Shown here one piece after another: positions 16,061-25,179 of a stretch of DNA of 64,000 bases; the stretch's first letter is position 1; every line of letters begins with the position of its first letter. Below the pieces are notes generated by a model that was not told the DNA's origin, did not search any database, and saw only the letters and a list, made by a program, of their open reading frames with translations. Source of the DNA: Bacilli bacterium (lineage in GTDB: Bacteria; Bacillota_I; Bacilli_A; RF39; UBA660); the NCBI GenBank assembly GCA_045125935.1, contig JBGVNW010000041.1, positions 66,199 through 130,198 on the forward strand, given 5' to 3'. The translations under genes were made by a program, and so were the position numbers.

Positions 16061-17296
16061 ATGTCTATAATTGAAAACGTAGTCTTATTAAGTATCTTTT
16101 TAACATTCCCTTTAACTGTTTATTTAATCTATGTAGCCTATATGAACAATATGGATTTAAAGGAAAAAAATCTTTTCCTAGATTTTGCTTTACTTTCCTC
16201 AATATTTTTAATGACTAAATACATAGATGATAAATCTATTCATACAATCCTTTTTTATAACATTCCCTTACTTATAGCCTTCTTAAGAAAAAAGAAAACA
16301 ACAGCCCTAATCATCTCTCTAATAATAGTTCATTTTACTAATAAATATACTACAATTCCAGAAATAATAACTGTCTTAGAGTATACTATTTACTATATTG
16401 GTTATCTATTTATATCAAAAACAAAAAATAGAGAAACAAATATAATAAATACGTTAATCAGTATAAAATCCTTTTTAATTGCCTTTTTAATATTTATTTT
16501 ATTAAATCCTAATGGAACACTTCTCGTAAATTCAGCTTATATCATCACAACTTTAAGTACTTTTATAATCTTTACCTATATCAGTCTTTCTCTTTTTAAG
16601 AAAGGAGAAGAAATAATTGATTTAAATAATATTTTAAAAGAAACCAAAAAACAACAGTATTTATATGAGTCTTTATCAAAATTAACCCATGAATTAAAAA
16701 ATCCCATTACTGTCTGCAAAGGTTACTTAGAAATAATTGATCGAAGGGGATATTCGAAAGTAGAGGAGTATCTTCCTATTATTTCTGGTGAAATAGATCG
16801 AGCTTTATGTGTCATTAATGACTTTTCAACTTTAGGAAAGCTAACTACTTTAAATAAAGAAGAATTAGATTTAGAACTTTTATTAACAGAAATAATTGGT
16901 ACATTAAATCCAATATTTAAAAAGGAAAGAGCGACAATAATTCTTAATTTATCTGATGAAATATATATTTATGCTGATTATAATCGTTTAAAGCAAGTTT
17001 TTGTAAATATTTTAAAGAATGCTCTTGAAGCAAAGAAGGAAACAATTCCTTTGGAAGTTTTAATTAATGTAAAAAAATATAAGCATATAATTAAAATAAA
17101 TATTACAGATAATGGTATTGGTATGGATAAAGAAACTTTAGAAAATATGAATAAAATATTTTATACAACAAAAGCTAATGGTAATGGACTGGGCGTAGTT
17201 TTATCTACTGAAATAATTGAAATGCATAAAGGTACAATTAAATATTTATCTACAAAAGATATTGGTACATCTGTATCTATAACATTACCAATATAG
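16061..17296 (+). CDS. orphan multi-TM sensor histidine kinase
   Basis: ATG 16061 behind GAGGTG. H-box LTHELKNPIT, N-box KNALEA, G-boxes DNGIGM and GNGLGV. No response regulator is adjacent. Confidence 0.8.
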   Translation: MSIIENVVLLSIFLTFPLTVYLIYVAYMNNMDLKEKNLFLDFALLSSIFLMTKYIDDKSIHTILFYNIPLLIAFLRKKKTTALIISLIIVHFTNKYTTIPEIITVLEYTIYYIGYLFISKTKNRETNIINTLISIKSFLIAFLIFILLNPNGTLLVNSAYIITTLSTFIIFTYISLSLFKKGEEIIDLNNILKETKKQQYLYESLSKLTHELKNPITVCKGYLEIIDRRGYSKVEEYLPIISGEIDRALCVINDFSTLGKLTTLNKEELDLELLLTEIIGTLNPIFKKERATIILNLSDEIYIYADYNRLKQVFVNILKNALEAKKETIPLEVLINVKKYKHIIKINITDNGIGMDKETLENMNKIFYTTKANGNGLGVVLSTEIIEMHKGTIKYLSTKDIGTSVSITLPI

Positions 17297-17442
17297 TAAG
17301 GAACAAAGTTTTAATATTTAACTATCTAAGTAGTATTTTATCTTAATAGTAATTACAATTATATTTATCATTAGCAATTACTGTGCTTCTTCCTACAAAT
17401 TTTAAAGAAAAATTCTTATAAATAAAAAAAGTCTTTCGACTT

Positions 17443-17784
17443 TTAATAAAAATTATTATTATTACCAAAATTAGAAAAACTATTTGGAGAAGTTGCTTGA
17501 GTTGAATAAGTGCCTTGTGTTGAATATGGTGTTTGTGTTGAGTAGATTGGTTGACTATAAGGAACTTGATAAACAGGCATTGGCATTGGGTAGAATCCTC
17601 CACCACCACAACATTGATTATTCATTTGGTTGTTATTAGCGATTCCATAACCTAATGCTGTACCAGCAAGACCTCCTACAAGAAAAGGTGCCAAAAAAAA
17701 TCTTTCACCATCTTGTGAATAACTAACAGAATTTCTGTACATAGTATTACTATTATTTGGTATAATATAATTGTGAGGGTACAT
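17443..17784 (-). CDS. hypothetical Q/N/Y/P-rich small protein with central hydrophobic segment
   Basis: ATG 17784 behind SD GGAGTGAG. MYPHNY...FLAPFLVGGLAGTALGYGIA...CCGGGGFYPMPMP...YSTQ repeats. Confidence 0.45.
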   Translation of the reverse strand: MYPHNYIIPNNSNTMYRNSVSYSQDGERFFLAPFLVGGLAGTALGYGIANNNQMNNQCCGGGGFYPMPMPVYQVPYSQPIYSTQTPYSTQGTYSTQATSPNSFSNFGNNNNFY

Positions 17785-17836
17785 ATATCTCACTCCTTTA
17801 CAGTATCTTATGTAATTAGAAAGAATAGGTGATAAT

Positions 17837-18946
17837 ATGAATACTGAAAAATTAAATAATTTGGCCAAAACAATAGTAAATTATTCGCTTCATTTAAAAG
17901 AAAATAGTAAAGTATTAGTTAGCTTTACTCCTGAAGCATCTCCACTAGTAGAAGAGTTAGTAAAAGAAGCTCAAGCAGTAAAAGCTATTATGATTTTAGA
18001 CATGTATAGTCCTAAATTAAATAGTTTATTAGCAGAAAAAAATACTGATGAAAGAATTGACTTAATTAAAGAAATAAGAGAGTTTGAAGTTGCTAATTAC
18101 GATGCATTTATTTCAATAAGATATACATATAATGATTATGAAACTAAGAATGTTCCTAAAGAGATGCGTATTAAATTAGGTTTAGCAACACAAGCAGCTG
18201 ATGACATTAGAATCAATCAAAGAGACTGGGTACTATTGAATTATCCATCTCCACAAGATGCTTTTAAAGCTAAAATGACCACAACAGAATTTAATGAATT
18301 TGCTTTAGATGTAATGACTGTTGATTATGCTAAAATGTCTGCAGATATCAAGCCTCTAAAGGATTTGATGGAGAAAACAGATAAAGTAAGAATCATCTCC
18401 CCTGGTACAGACTTAACTTTCTCAATTAAAGGACTACCAGCAGTACCTTGTACCGGAGATAAAAATATTCCTGATGGAGAACTTTACTCTGCCCCAGTAA
18501 AGGATAGTGTAAATGGAACTATTACTTATAATACTCCATGTCCATATAATGGAAATGTTTTCCACCATGTTTCATTGACTTTTGAAAATGGTAAGATAAT
18601 AAAGGCAACATGTGATGAAGATGATGATAAATTAAATGAAATATTTGATACAGATGAAGGTGCTAGATATGTTGGAGAGTTTTCTTTAGGATTCAATCCT
18701 AAAATTTTATATCCAATGGGCGATATCTTATATGATGAGAAAATTTTAGGAAGTCTACATTTTACACCAGGAAGATGTTATGCAGATTGTGACAATGGTA
18801 ATAGATCAAGTATTCACTGGGACATGGTTCTAATCCAAAGAGAAGACTTTGGTGGAGGAGAAATCTATTTTGATGATGTCCTAATTCGTAAAGATGGTAA
18901 ATTCGTTATAGATGAATTAAAAGTATTAAACTACGAACAAAAATAA
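17837..18946 (+). CDS. M29-family aminopeptidase (PepS/AmpS-like)
   Basis: 369 aa. NLAKTIVNYSL.., GDKNIPDGELYSAP, YVGEFSLGFNP and SIHWDMV blocks typical of thermophilic-metalloprotease M29 aminopeptidases. Confidence 0.8.
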   Translation: MNTEKLNNLAKTIVNYSLHLKENSKVLVSFTPEASPLVEELVKEAQAVKAIMILDMYSPKLNSLLAEKNTDERIDLIKEIREFEVANYDAFISIRYTYNDYETKNVPKEMRIKLGLATQAADDIRINQRDWVLLNYPSPQDAFKAKMTTTEFNEFALDVMTVDYAKMSADIKPLKDLMEKTDKVRIISPGTDLTFSIKGLPAVPCTGDKNIPDGELYSAPVKDSVNGTITYNTPCPYNGNVFHHVSLTFENGKIIKATCDEDDDKLNEIFDTDEGARYVGEFSLGFNPKILYPMGDILYDEKILGSLHFTPGRCYADCDNGNRSSIHWDMVLIQREDFGGGEIYFDDVLIRKDGKFVIDELKVLNYEQK

Positions 18947-18974
18947 GTCTAACAATGTTAGACTTTTTCTTTTG
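18947..18974 (+). terminator. intrinsic terminator of the aminopeptidase gene
   Basis: GTCTAAC-AAT-GTTAGAC followed by TTTTT. Confidence 0.8.
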
Positions 18975-19015
18975 AAATTAAAGATATATTATAAAAAAAT
19001 TGTATTATATATATA

Positions 19016-19260
19016 GGAACATTTAATAGTTAGGTGGAACCAAACTTCAAGAGAAGGGAGGTGATTATATGAATAAAAAAGATACTCTTATCTTTTTTCA
19101 AATAATAATTATCTACCTTTTAATATTATTACTATTTATAGTCTTAATATAAAAGAAAAGCCTAACTAAAATTTCTTTTAGTTAGGTAACCAATCATGGC
19201 AACACCTAACCAAGAAATATTAAGTGTTCCTATTTTATTTTATGAAGTTTCCTTCATCTA
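19016..19260 (+). repeat. type-I-toxin-like module, copy 1 of a 322-bp tandem duplication
   Basis: Near-identical to 19338-19582 over the 5' UTR and ORF, and more diverged in the 3' UTR loops. Confidence 0.9.
19069..19152 (+). CDS. 27-aa hydrophobic peptide (candidate type I toxin)
   Basis: MNKKDTLIFFQIIIIYLLILLLFIVLI*. SD GGGAGGTG lies 7 nt upstream. Confidence 0.5.
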   Translation: MNKKDTLIFFQIIIIYLLILLLFIVLI

Positions 19261-19265
19261 AGTAC

Positions 19266-19294
19266 ATAGTATCATAACTTTTTAATAATATCAA
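19266..19294 (-). promoter_or_regulatory. candidate antisense (antitoxin sRNA) promoter, copy 1
   Basis: Minus strand reads TTGATA-17 nt-TACTAT. The transcript would run antisense across the toxin 3' UTR into the hairpin at about 19158-19186, which is followed by CTTTTCTTTT on the minus strand. Confidence 0.4.
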
Positions 19295-19337
19295 TTATAT
19301 TAAGGGAAAAACATAAATTATGCGTATCATATATATG

Positions 19338-19582
19338 GGAACATTTAATAGTTAGGTGGAACCAAACTTCAAGAGAAGGGAGGTGATTATATGAATAAAA
19401 AAGATACACTTATCTTTTTTCAAATAATAATTATCTACCTTTTAATATTATTACTATTCATAGTCTTAATATAAAAGAAAAGCCTAACTAAAATTTTATT
19501 CTAGTTAGGCAACCACCAAAGGTAACACCTAACAGGAAAAAATTAAGTGTTCCTATTTTTATTTTATGCAAGTTTCCTTGAC
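19338..19582 (+). repeat. type-I-toxin-like module, copy 2
   Basis: Second unit of the 322-bp duplication. Confidence 0.9.
19391..19474 (+). CDS. 27-aa hydrophobic peptide (candidate type I toxin), identical peptide
   Basis: Same 27-aa product as 19069-19152, with two synonymous differences. Confidence 0.5.
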   Translation: MNKKDTLIFFQIIIIYLLILLLFIVLI

Positions 19583-19588
19583 AAATTC

Positions 19589-19617
19589 ATCATATCACAA
19601 CATAAATATCTTGTCAA
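19589..19617 (-). promoter_or_regulatory. candidate antisense (antitoxin sRNA) promoter, copy 2
   Basis: Minus strand reads TTGACA (19617-19612)-17 nt-TATGAT (19594-19589). Confidence 0.45.
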
Positions 19618-19646
19618 AATAAAATACCGTTATCGGAACAAAAATA

Positions 19647-19675
19647 TTGACTTTTAGTACCGTCTACGGTATAAT
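19647..19675 (+). promoter_or_regulatory. sigmaA-type promoter of the HTH-pseudoFic/kinase-array operon
   Basis: TTGACT (19647-19652)-17 nt-TATAAT (19670-19675). SD GAGGTGG and ATG 19696 follow. Confidence 0.7.
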
Positions 19676-19695
19676 AAGCAGCCAGAGGTGGTACT

Positions 19696-20595
19696 ATGGA
19701 CTTTATGACTACAAAAGAGGCTACAGAAAAGTGGAAAATAAGTGAAAGACGTATTAGAAAATTATTAAAAGACGGAAGAATTATCGGAGCAATTAAAGTT
19801 GGAAATAGTTGGAGCATCCCAACAAATGCCACTAAGCCTATTGATAAACGTAGTATCAAATATGAAGATAAAAAAATAATTATAAATCTTAGTCAAATAT
19901 TTTTTGCTAAAGTAGATAATTTAAAAGACCAAATTAAGAAAAACGCAAAATATGCTGATGAACAATTTCTAATTGAGTGGATTTACAATGATAGCAAATT
20001 AGAAAGAAATACATTAACAAAAGATGAAATAAAAATAGTCATAAATAATATTACCGTAGGTGGAAAATCAATAGAAGAGCACCTTGAAATAATTAATTAT
20101 AAAAATGCTATTAAATACTTAATTAATTCTGTTGATAAAAACATTAAAATAACTGAAAATGAGATAAAAACCATTCATCACATAGTAAGTCAAAATATTG
20201 ATAATGAAAATACAAATACATATAGAACAGAACAAGAAAATAACGATATAGATCCTACATTAATTCCAGAAATAATGTTAAAGTTAATTTCTAATTATAA
20301 TGAGAAAACATCACATGTCATAATAAAAGCTGTTATCTTACATAGTGAATTAATTAAGCTCTCACCATTTAAGGATAATAACTTAAAGACCGCTTTACTT
20401 TTAATGAACTTAATTTTTATGAATAATGGCTACCAACCAATAATTATAAAAGAAGAGTATAAATCAAATTATTTATCACAACTAAAAAATTCTCAAATAA
20501 CAGGCGATTATACTAAGTTGATAAAATTAATTTTAAAAATAGAAGAACAGTGCTTAGAAGATGAGATAAACAAAATGGAGGTTGGTGATAAATAA
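19696..20595 (+). CDS. HTH (excisionase/MerR-like) + Fic-fold protein with degenerate active-site motif
   Basis: N-terminal MTTKEATEKWKISERRIRKLLKDGRIIGAIKVGNSWSIP. Fic-core landmarks SKLERNTLTKDEI, EEHLEIINYKNA, IKTIHHIV and ILHSELIKL. The motif position reads SPFKDNNLKTAL (20362-20397) where HxFx(D/E)GNGRxxR is expected. Confidence 0.75.
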   Translation: MDFMTTKEATEKWKISERRIRKLLKDGRIIGAIKVGNSWSIPTNATKPIDKRSIKYEDKKIIINLSQIFFAKVDNLKDQIKKNAKYADEQFLIEWIYNDSKLERNTLTKDEIKIVINNITVGGKSIEEHLEIINYKNAIKYLINSVDKNIKITENEIKTIHHIVSQNIDNENTNTYRTEQENNDIDPTLIPEIMLKLISNYNEKTSHVIIKAVILHSELIKLSPFKDNNLKTALLLMNLIFMNNGYQPIIIKEEYKSNYLSQLKNSQITGDYTKLIKLILKIEEQCLEDEINKMEVGDK

Positions 20596-21347
20596 TGCGA
20601 CTAATGCCAAACATAAGTCTGACAGAAAAGCAAGTTACATCACTTCTTGAAAATAATAGATTTGACTTTGGTGGTGAAGCTATAATCTGTCGCAATGAAA
20701 ATCCCAATACTTTATATAAAATCTTTGTTTCACAGGATGCGAAAGAACCAATAGCGATGACAAAAAATAAAGAGATAAAAATAGCATTGCTTCATCAATT
20801 AGAACTTCCAAATAGTACCATACCACTTAGTACCATAAGTATGGATGGTGTACTAGTGGGATATGAAATGACAAATGCACGTGGTTATAAACCATTATTT
20901 ATACCAGATTTGACAAGGGATTCAACAATTGAAGCACTGAAAAAAGCCAAAACAACACTAGAATATTTTGCTTACAAGGATGTGACATATGGTGATGTCA
21001 AAAATGATAATTTATTAATAAATCCCCAAACTGGTGAAATTATTTTCTGCGACATGGACAATGTACGTATTGGTTCAAGAGAAATAGATGTTGCAGGATA
21101 TGAATTACAGTATTTTAAGCAGTGTTATGGAACAATAGATGAAAAATCAGATGCTTATATGCATAATTTATTAACACTAGAAATGTTAAATTATCGCTAC
21201 GTCGAGTACGTGCAAGATATCATTGAAATGATGAAAACTGGAGTAAAACCACAAGGTTATGAAGAAAAAGCTGAATATACACTAAAAAGTATGCTTAATC
21301 CCAGAGATTTTGATGGTAAATATATAATTCAATATGTCAAAAGATAG
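20595..21347 (+). CDS. minimal protein-kinase-like paralog, array member 1 of 9
   Basis: GGEAIIC, LYKIF, KNKEIK, VGYEM, VTYGDVKNDNLLIN, FCDMDN, DAYMHN, GKYIIQYVKR. The start overlaps the upstream stop (TAATG). Confidence 0.8.
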   Translation: MRLMPNISLTEKQVTSLLENNRFDFGGEAIICRNENPNTLYKIFVSQDAKEPIAMTKNKEIKIALLHQLELPNSTIPLSTISMDGVLVGYEMTNARGYKPLFIPDLTRDSTIEALKKAKTTLEYFAYKDVTYGDVKNDNLLINPQTGEIIFCDMDNVRIGSREIDVAGYELQYFKQCYGTIDEKSDAYMHNLLTLEMLNYRYVEYVQDIIEMMKTGVKPQGYEEKAEYTLKSMLNPRDFDGKYIIQYVKR

Positions 21348-21357
21348 GAGTAAAATT

Positions 21358-22140
21358 ATGAAAAGATTACCAAATATAGAAATAGACCCAAGATGTTTAA
21401 ATAGATTATTTATGAGTCAATTAACAAGTGGTGGAGAAGCTATCGTTTGTCGAAGCTTTCAACCTAATACCTTATTTAAAATCTGTGCTGAGGCAAGTGT
21501 TCAAAGGTATTGTGATTCCTTCGGAGTACCATTTCGCCTAGATTTAATTGAAATGTCTGATAACAAGTTCGAAAAAATTAAAAGATTATATGAAATGCAA
21601 TTAGAACATAGCGTAAAGCCAGTAAGTACACTAAGCATGAATGGTCGATTAATAGGGTATGAAATGACTTATGATAAAGATGACAAGTCATTACATAATA
21701 GCCAATTATCTCATGAAGATTTAATTAACATCCTAGAACAAAGCAGAAACATCTTAGAATATTATGCTCAAAATGATATAACATATGGTGATGTTAATGC
21801 TTTTAACGTTTTAGTAAATAGCGGTACTAAACAAGTAAAATTTTGTGATGTTGATAACATGCGTATTGGAACACTTCCTATCGATGTAAAAGAAAAGAAT
21901 TCCACAATATACGATTTACTTGGTGGTAAGGAGGCCTATCTTGATGCTTACATGCATAATATAATGACTCTTTATGAATTTGAAAGTGATAAATTTGGCT
22001 TTTTATTTAAACCAGTAAGTGAAATTGTAAAAGAAGATTATTCACAGTATTTAACAGAAGAATCAAGAGAAATATTAACTAGTATGGAAGAACCAAAAAC
22101 ATTTAATGGTGAATATATAATTCAATATGTAAAAAAATAA
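21358..22140 (+). CDS. minimal protein-kinase-like paralog, array member 2
   Basis: Start at MKRLPNIEI behind TAGGAG. GGEAIVC, LFKIC, DNKFEK, IGYEM, ITYGDVNAFNVLVN, FCDVDN, DAYMHN, NGEYIIQYVKK. Confidence 0.8.
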   Translation: MKRLPNIEIDPRCLNRLFMSQLTSGGEAIVCRSFQPNTLFKICAEASVQRYCDSFGVPFRLDLIEMSDNKFEKIKRLYEMQLEHSVKPVSTLSMNGRLIGYEMTYDKDDKSLHNSQLSHEDLINILEQSRNILEYYAQNDITYGDVNAFNVLVNSGTKQVKFCDVDNMRIGTLPIDVKEKNSTIYDLLGGKEAYLDAYMHNIMTLYEFESDKFGFLFKPVSEIVKEDYSQYLTEESREILTSMEEPKTFNGEYIIQYVKK

Positions 22141-22149
22141 GGTGATAAA

Positions 22150-22872
22150 ATGCAAAGGATTCCCAACATAAAACTGACACAAGATGATTTTGAAAAATTA
22201 TTAGAGCATAAGATAATAGGTTCTGGTAGTGAGGCAACAATTTGTCGAACTGAAAAACAAAATACCGTATACAAAATTTTTTGTATTGGTAAGAAAGTAT
22301 TTCCAATGCCAGATAATAAAGTAAGAAAAATAGATAAATTATATCAAATGTCGTTAGAGCATATAACTAGCCCAATAAGTACAATAAGCTTAGATGGGAC
22401 ATTAATTGGCTATGAAATGATTTATGATTCAGAAGATAAAACCTTTAATCCTTTCGCACTAAGTAATTCAGAAGTAATTCATTTTTTAAAAGGCACTAAG
22501 GATATTTTAGAACAGCTAGCAAGTAAAGACATAACATATGGTGATGTGGCTGGTCGTAATATTTTGATTAATCATCGTACAGGAACAATAAAATTTTGTG
22601 ATATTGATAACATGCGCGTTGGAGAATATCCAATAGATCTTATCGGTAACACATTACAAAAATACACCAAAGTTCGAGGTGTTGATGCTGCAACAGATGC
22701 CTATATGCACAGTATAATGACATTAAATTCTTTCGACTTGGATGAAGATGAATGTAGTCAAGAAGAATTTGCTTGGTATTTTACGAGAGAAGGTAGAAAA
22801 ATTCTTCATCAAATAAGAGAAAAAACAGCATACAATGGTGAATACATAGTTCAATATGTTAAAAAGAAATAG
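22150..22872 (+). CDS. minimal protein-kinase-like paralog, array member 3
   Basis: GSEATIC, VYKIF, DNKVRK, IGYEM, ITYGDVAGRNILIN, FCDIDN, DAYMHS, NGEYIVQYVKKK. Confidence 0.8.
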   Translation: MQRIPNIKLTQDDFEKLLEHKIIGSGSEATICRTEKQNTVYKIFCIGKKVFPMPDNKVRKIDKLYQMSLEHITSPISTISLDGTLIGYEMIYDSEDKTFNPFALSNSEVIHFLKGTKDILEQLASKDITYGDVAGRNILINHRTGTIKFCDIDNMRVGEYPIDLIGNTLQKYTKVRGVDAATDAYMHSIMTLNSFDLDEDECSQEEFAWYFTREGRKILHQIREKTAYNGEYIVQYVKKK

Positions 22873-22880
22873 GTGATAAT

Positions 22881-23612
22881 ATGACACGACTTAAAAATAT
22901 TGAGTTTTCTGAAAATGAAGTTCATAGATTAATAAAAAAATCTTTCTTCAGCAGTGGTGGAGAAGCAGTAATTTGTCGTACTAATAATCCTAATACACTA
23001 TATAAAATTTTTATCAAAGGAACTATGTATAACACTATAGCGATGAGCGAAAATAAATTAAGAAAACTAGAAAGAATTCATGAAATGGAACTAAAGGGTT
23101 GTGTAAGACCTATACAAACAATATCAAGTCAAGGAAAACTAATTGGTTATGAAATGACATACGATCCAAATGATATAAGATTCTTTCCTGGTTATTTCAA
23201 ACGTAGTGAAGTAGTAAGAAAACTGAAAGAAACAAGAAATATCTTACAATACTTTGCGGACCACGATATAACATATGGCGATATTGCCTTGCGAAATATT
23301 TTATTTAACAAGCATACCGGTGAAGTGAAATTCTGTGATATGGACAATGTAAAAATAGGCGAATATCCAATGGATATAATTCCCACTAGATTAAGAGATT
23401 ATCATGAAATTTGTGGTATTGATGATAAAACAGATGCTTACATGCATAATCTCCTTACACTAGATGCTTTCGGTTTAAGACTATATTACTCTGATAGAGA
23501 TGACATAAGTGAAGAATTTAAAGGAAAAGCCATACCAATAGTTGAATCAATGAAAGAGCCAGAAAACTTTCAAGGTGAATATATAATCCAATATATAAAG
23601 AAAAAAGAGTGA
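22881..23612 (+). CDS. minimal protein-kinase-like paralog, array member 4
   Basis: GGEAVIC, LYKIF, ENKLRK, IGYEM, ITYGDIALRNILFN, FCDMDN, DAYMHN, QGEYIIQYIKKK. Confidence 0.8.
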   Translation: MTRLKNIEFSENEVHRLIKKSFFSSGGEAVICRTNNPNTLYKIFIKGTMYNTIAMSENKLRKLERIHEMELKGCVRPIQTISSQGKLIGYEMTYDPNDIRFFPGYFKRSEVVRKLKETRNILQYFADHDITYGDIALRNILFNKHTGEVKFCDMDNVKIGEYPMDIIPTRLRDYHEICGIDDKTDAYMHNLLTLDAFGLRLYYSDRDDISEEFKGKAIPIVESMKEPENFQGEYIIQYIKKKE

Positions 23613-23616
23613 TAAA

Positions 23617-24381
23617 ATGAAAAATTTACCAAACATTAATTTTACATTAAAAGAAATAGAAGAAATAGTTAAAAGAGATCACATTGTAGGTGGAGAAGCA
23701 GGTATCTATGAAACGGGAAACCAATTAACTTTATATAAAATATTTTGTAAGGCTGAAGAAATACGAAATTCAAATTCATATTCTTTTAACTCAAGTCCCA
23801 TAACAACGATGAGCTATAACAAACTACGAAAACTAGAAAAATTATATCAAATGCAACTAGAACATAGTGTAAGACCGATAAGCACTATTAGTGTAGCTGG
23901 CGAATTGGTAGGCTATGAAATGACAAGAGATCCTAAAGATCAAGTCATAACTTCCGTAAATCTATCAAGGTCTGAATTGATTCACTATCTAGAACAAACC
24001 AAAAATATTTTAGAATATTTTTCTCATCACGATATTATTTATGGCGATGTTGCAAAAAGAAACATTTTAATCAATCACAAAACAAGAACAGCAAAGTTTT
24101 GTGATATGGATAATATAAAGCTTGGAAGTTATGGAATAGATGTAAAATCATGGGAATTAATTTCTTATACAATAGAAAGAGACGGTCTTGATCAAAAAAC
24201 AGATGCCTACATGCACAGTTTAATGACTTTAACCGGTTTAGATATTGACATGGATTTATGTGTACTACAAAATGAATACTTCCATAAACATTTTACTCCA
24301 CCAGCATTTGATGTTATCGAAGGAATCGGAAATCCCAAAAACTACAATGGCGAATACTTAGTACAATACGTAAAAAAATAA
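23617..24381 (+). CDS. minimal protein-kinase-like paralog, array member 5
   Basis: GGEAGIY, LYKIF, YNKLRK, VGYEM, IIYGDVAKRNILIN, FCDMDN, DAYMHS, NGEYLVQYVKK. Confidence 0.8.
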   Translation: MKNLPNINFTLKEIEEIVKRDHIVGGEAGIYETGNQLTLYKIFCKAEEIRNSNSYSFNSSPITTMSYNKLRKLEKLYQMQLEHSVRPISTISVAGELVGYEMTRDPKDQVITSVNLSRSELIHYLEQTKNILEYFSHHDIIYGDVAKRNILINHKTRTAKFCDMDNIKLGSYGIDVKSWELISYTIERDGLDQKTDAYMHSLMTLTGLDIDMDLCVLQNEYFHKHFTPPAFDVIEGIGNPKNYNGEYLVQYVKK

Positions 24382-24399
24382 AAAGAAAGAGGTGAAATT

Positions 24400-25146
24400 A
24401 TGTTATCAATTCCCAATATAATACTTACAAAAGAAGAATATCAACAGTTAATTAAGAACGAACAAATGCGTGGAGGTGAAGCTATAATCTCACCAAGCGG
24501 CAATCCAAATACAAGATATAAACTATTTATGAATCAAGCACATTATGAAAGCCCGATGAATGAAAATAAAACAGTCAAAGTAATTGAACTATATAGAAGA
24601 AATATTCCTTATTTGGTACAACCTCTAAGTACAATCAGTTACAATGGTAAAATGGTTGGTTATGAAATGACTTTTGATAGACATGATAAAAGCCTTGAAT
24701 CACTATCACAGCTATCAAGAAAACAATTAATAGAAATTTTAAAGAAGTCAAAAGAAATTCTTGAACATCTAGCCAGTCAAGACATAACATATGGCGATGT
24801 AACCGCAGACAATATCTTAGTAAATATAAAAACAGGAAGAGTAAGTTTTTGTGATATAGATAATATGCGTGTTGGTGCAAATCCAATCGATATAAAAGGT
24901 TTTAGTTTATCTCGTTATTATGGAAGAGTTGGCCAAATAGATGAAAAAGCCGATGCCTACATGCACAATCTATTAACAATAAAAAAATTACATGCTCCAA
25001 GTAAATATGAATCAGAAATTATAAAAGACTTAGAAAAAGGAATCTTTCCTACAAAGTTTAAACAAACAGCCAGACCAATATTCGAAAGTATGGCAAATCC
25101 AGAAAACTTTACAGGTGAATATGTAATTCAACACGTAAAAAGATAA
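24400..25146 (+). CDS. minimal protein-kinase-like paralog, array member 6
   Basis: GGEAIIS, RYKLF, ENKTVK, VGYEM, ITYGDVTADNILVN, FCDIDN, DAYMHN, TGEYVIQHVKR. Confidence 0.8.
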   Translation: MLSIPNIILTKEEYQQLIKNEQMRGGEAIISPSGNPNTRYKLFMNQAHYESPMNENKTVKVIELYRRNIPYLVQPLSTISYNGKMVGYEMTFDRHDKSLESLSQLSRKQLIEILKKSKEILEHLASQDITYGDVTADNILVNIKTGRVSFCDIDNMRVGANPIDIKGFSLSRYYGRVGQIDEKADAYMHNLLTIKKLHAPSKYESEIIKDLEKGIFPTKFKQTARPIFESMANPENFTGEYVIQHVKR

Positions 25147-25149
25147 AGA

Positions 25150-25179
25150 TTGAAGAAATAGCAAAAATATGATATAATA
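25150..25179 (+). promoter_or_regulatory. internal promoter between array members 6 and 7
   Basis: TTGAAG (25150-25155)-18 nt-TATAAT (25174-25179) with TG at 25170-25171 (extended -10). This is the only gap over 20 nt in the array. Confidence 0.5.

Noticed and set aside
19614-19859. 81-aa minus-strand ORF overlapping the operon promoter and the HTH region of the pseudoFic gene.
   Set aside because: It overlaps a well-supported plus-strand gene and promoter and has no SD. The minus-strand promoter seen nearby points away from it, towards the toxin 3' UTR.
21334-21357. N-terminal extensions given in the ORF track for array members 2, 7 and 8 (starts 21334, 25196, 25923), and similar extensions at 13679-14179, 15992, 29898-30110, 37107, 38290, 53607 and 58347.
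   Set aside because: Downstream ATGs are preceded by good SD sequences and restore the conserved M(K/R)R(L/I/M)PNI-type N-terminus or the family-typical N-terminus. The extensions overlap upstream genes or terminators.
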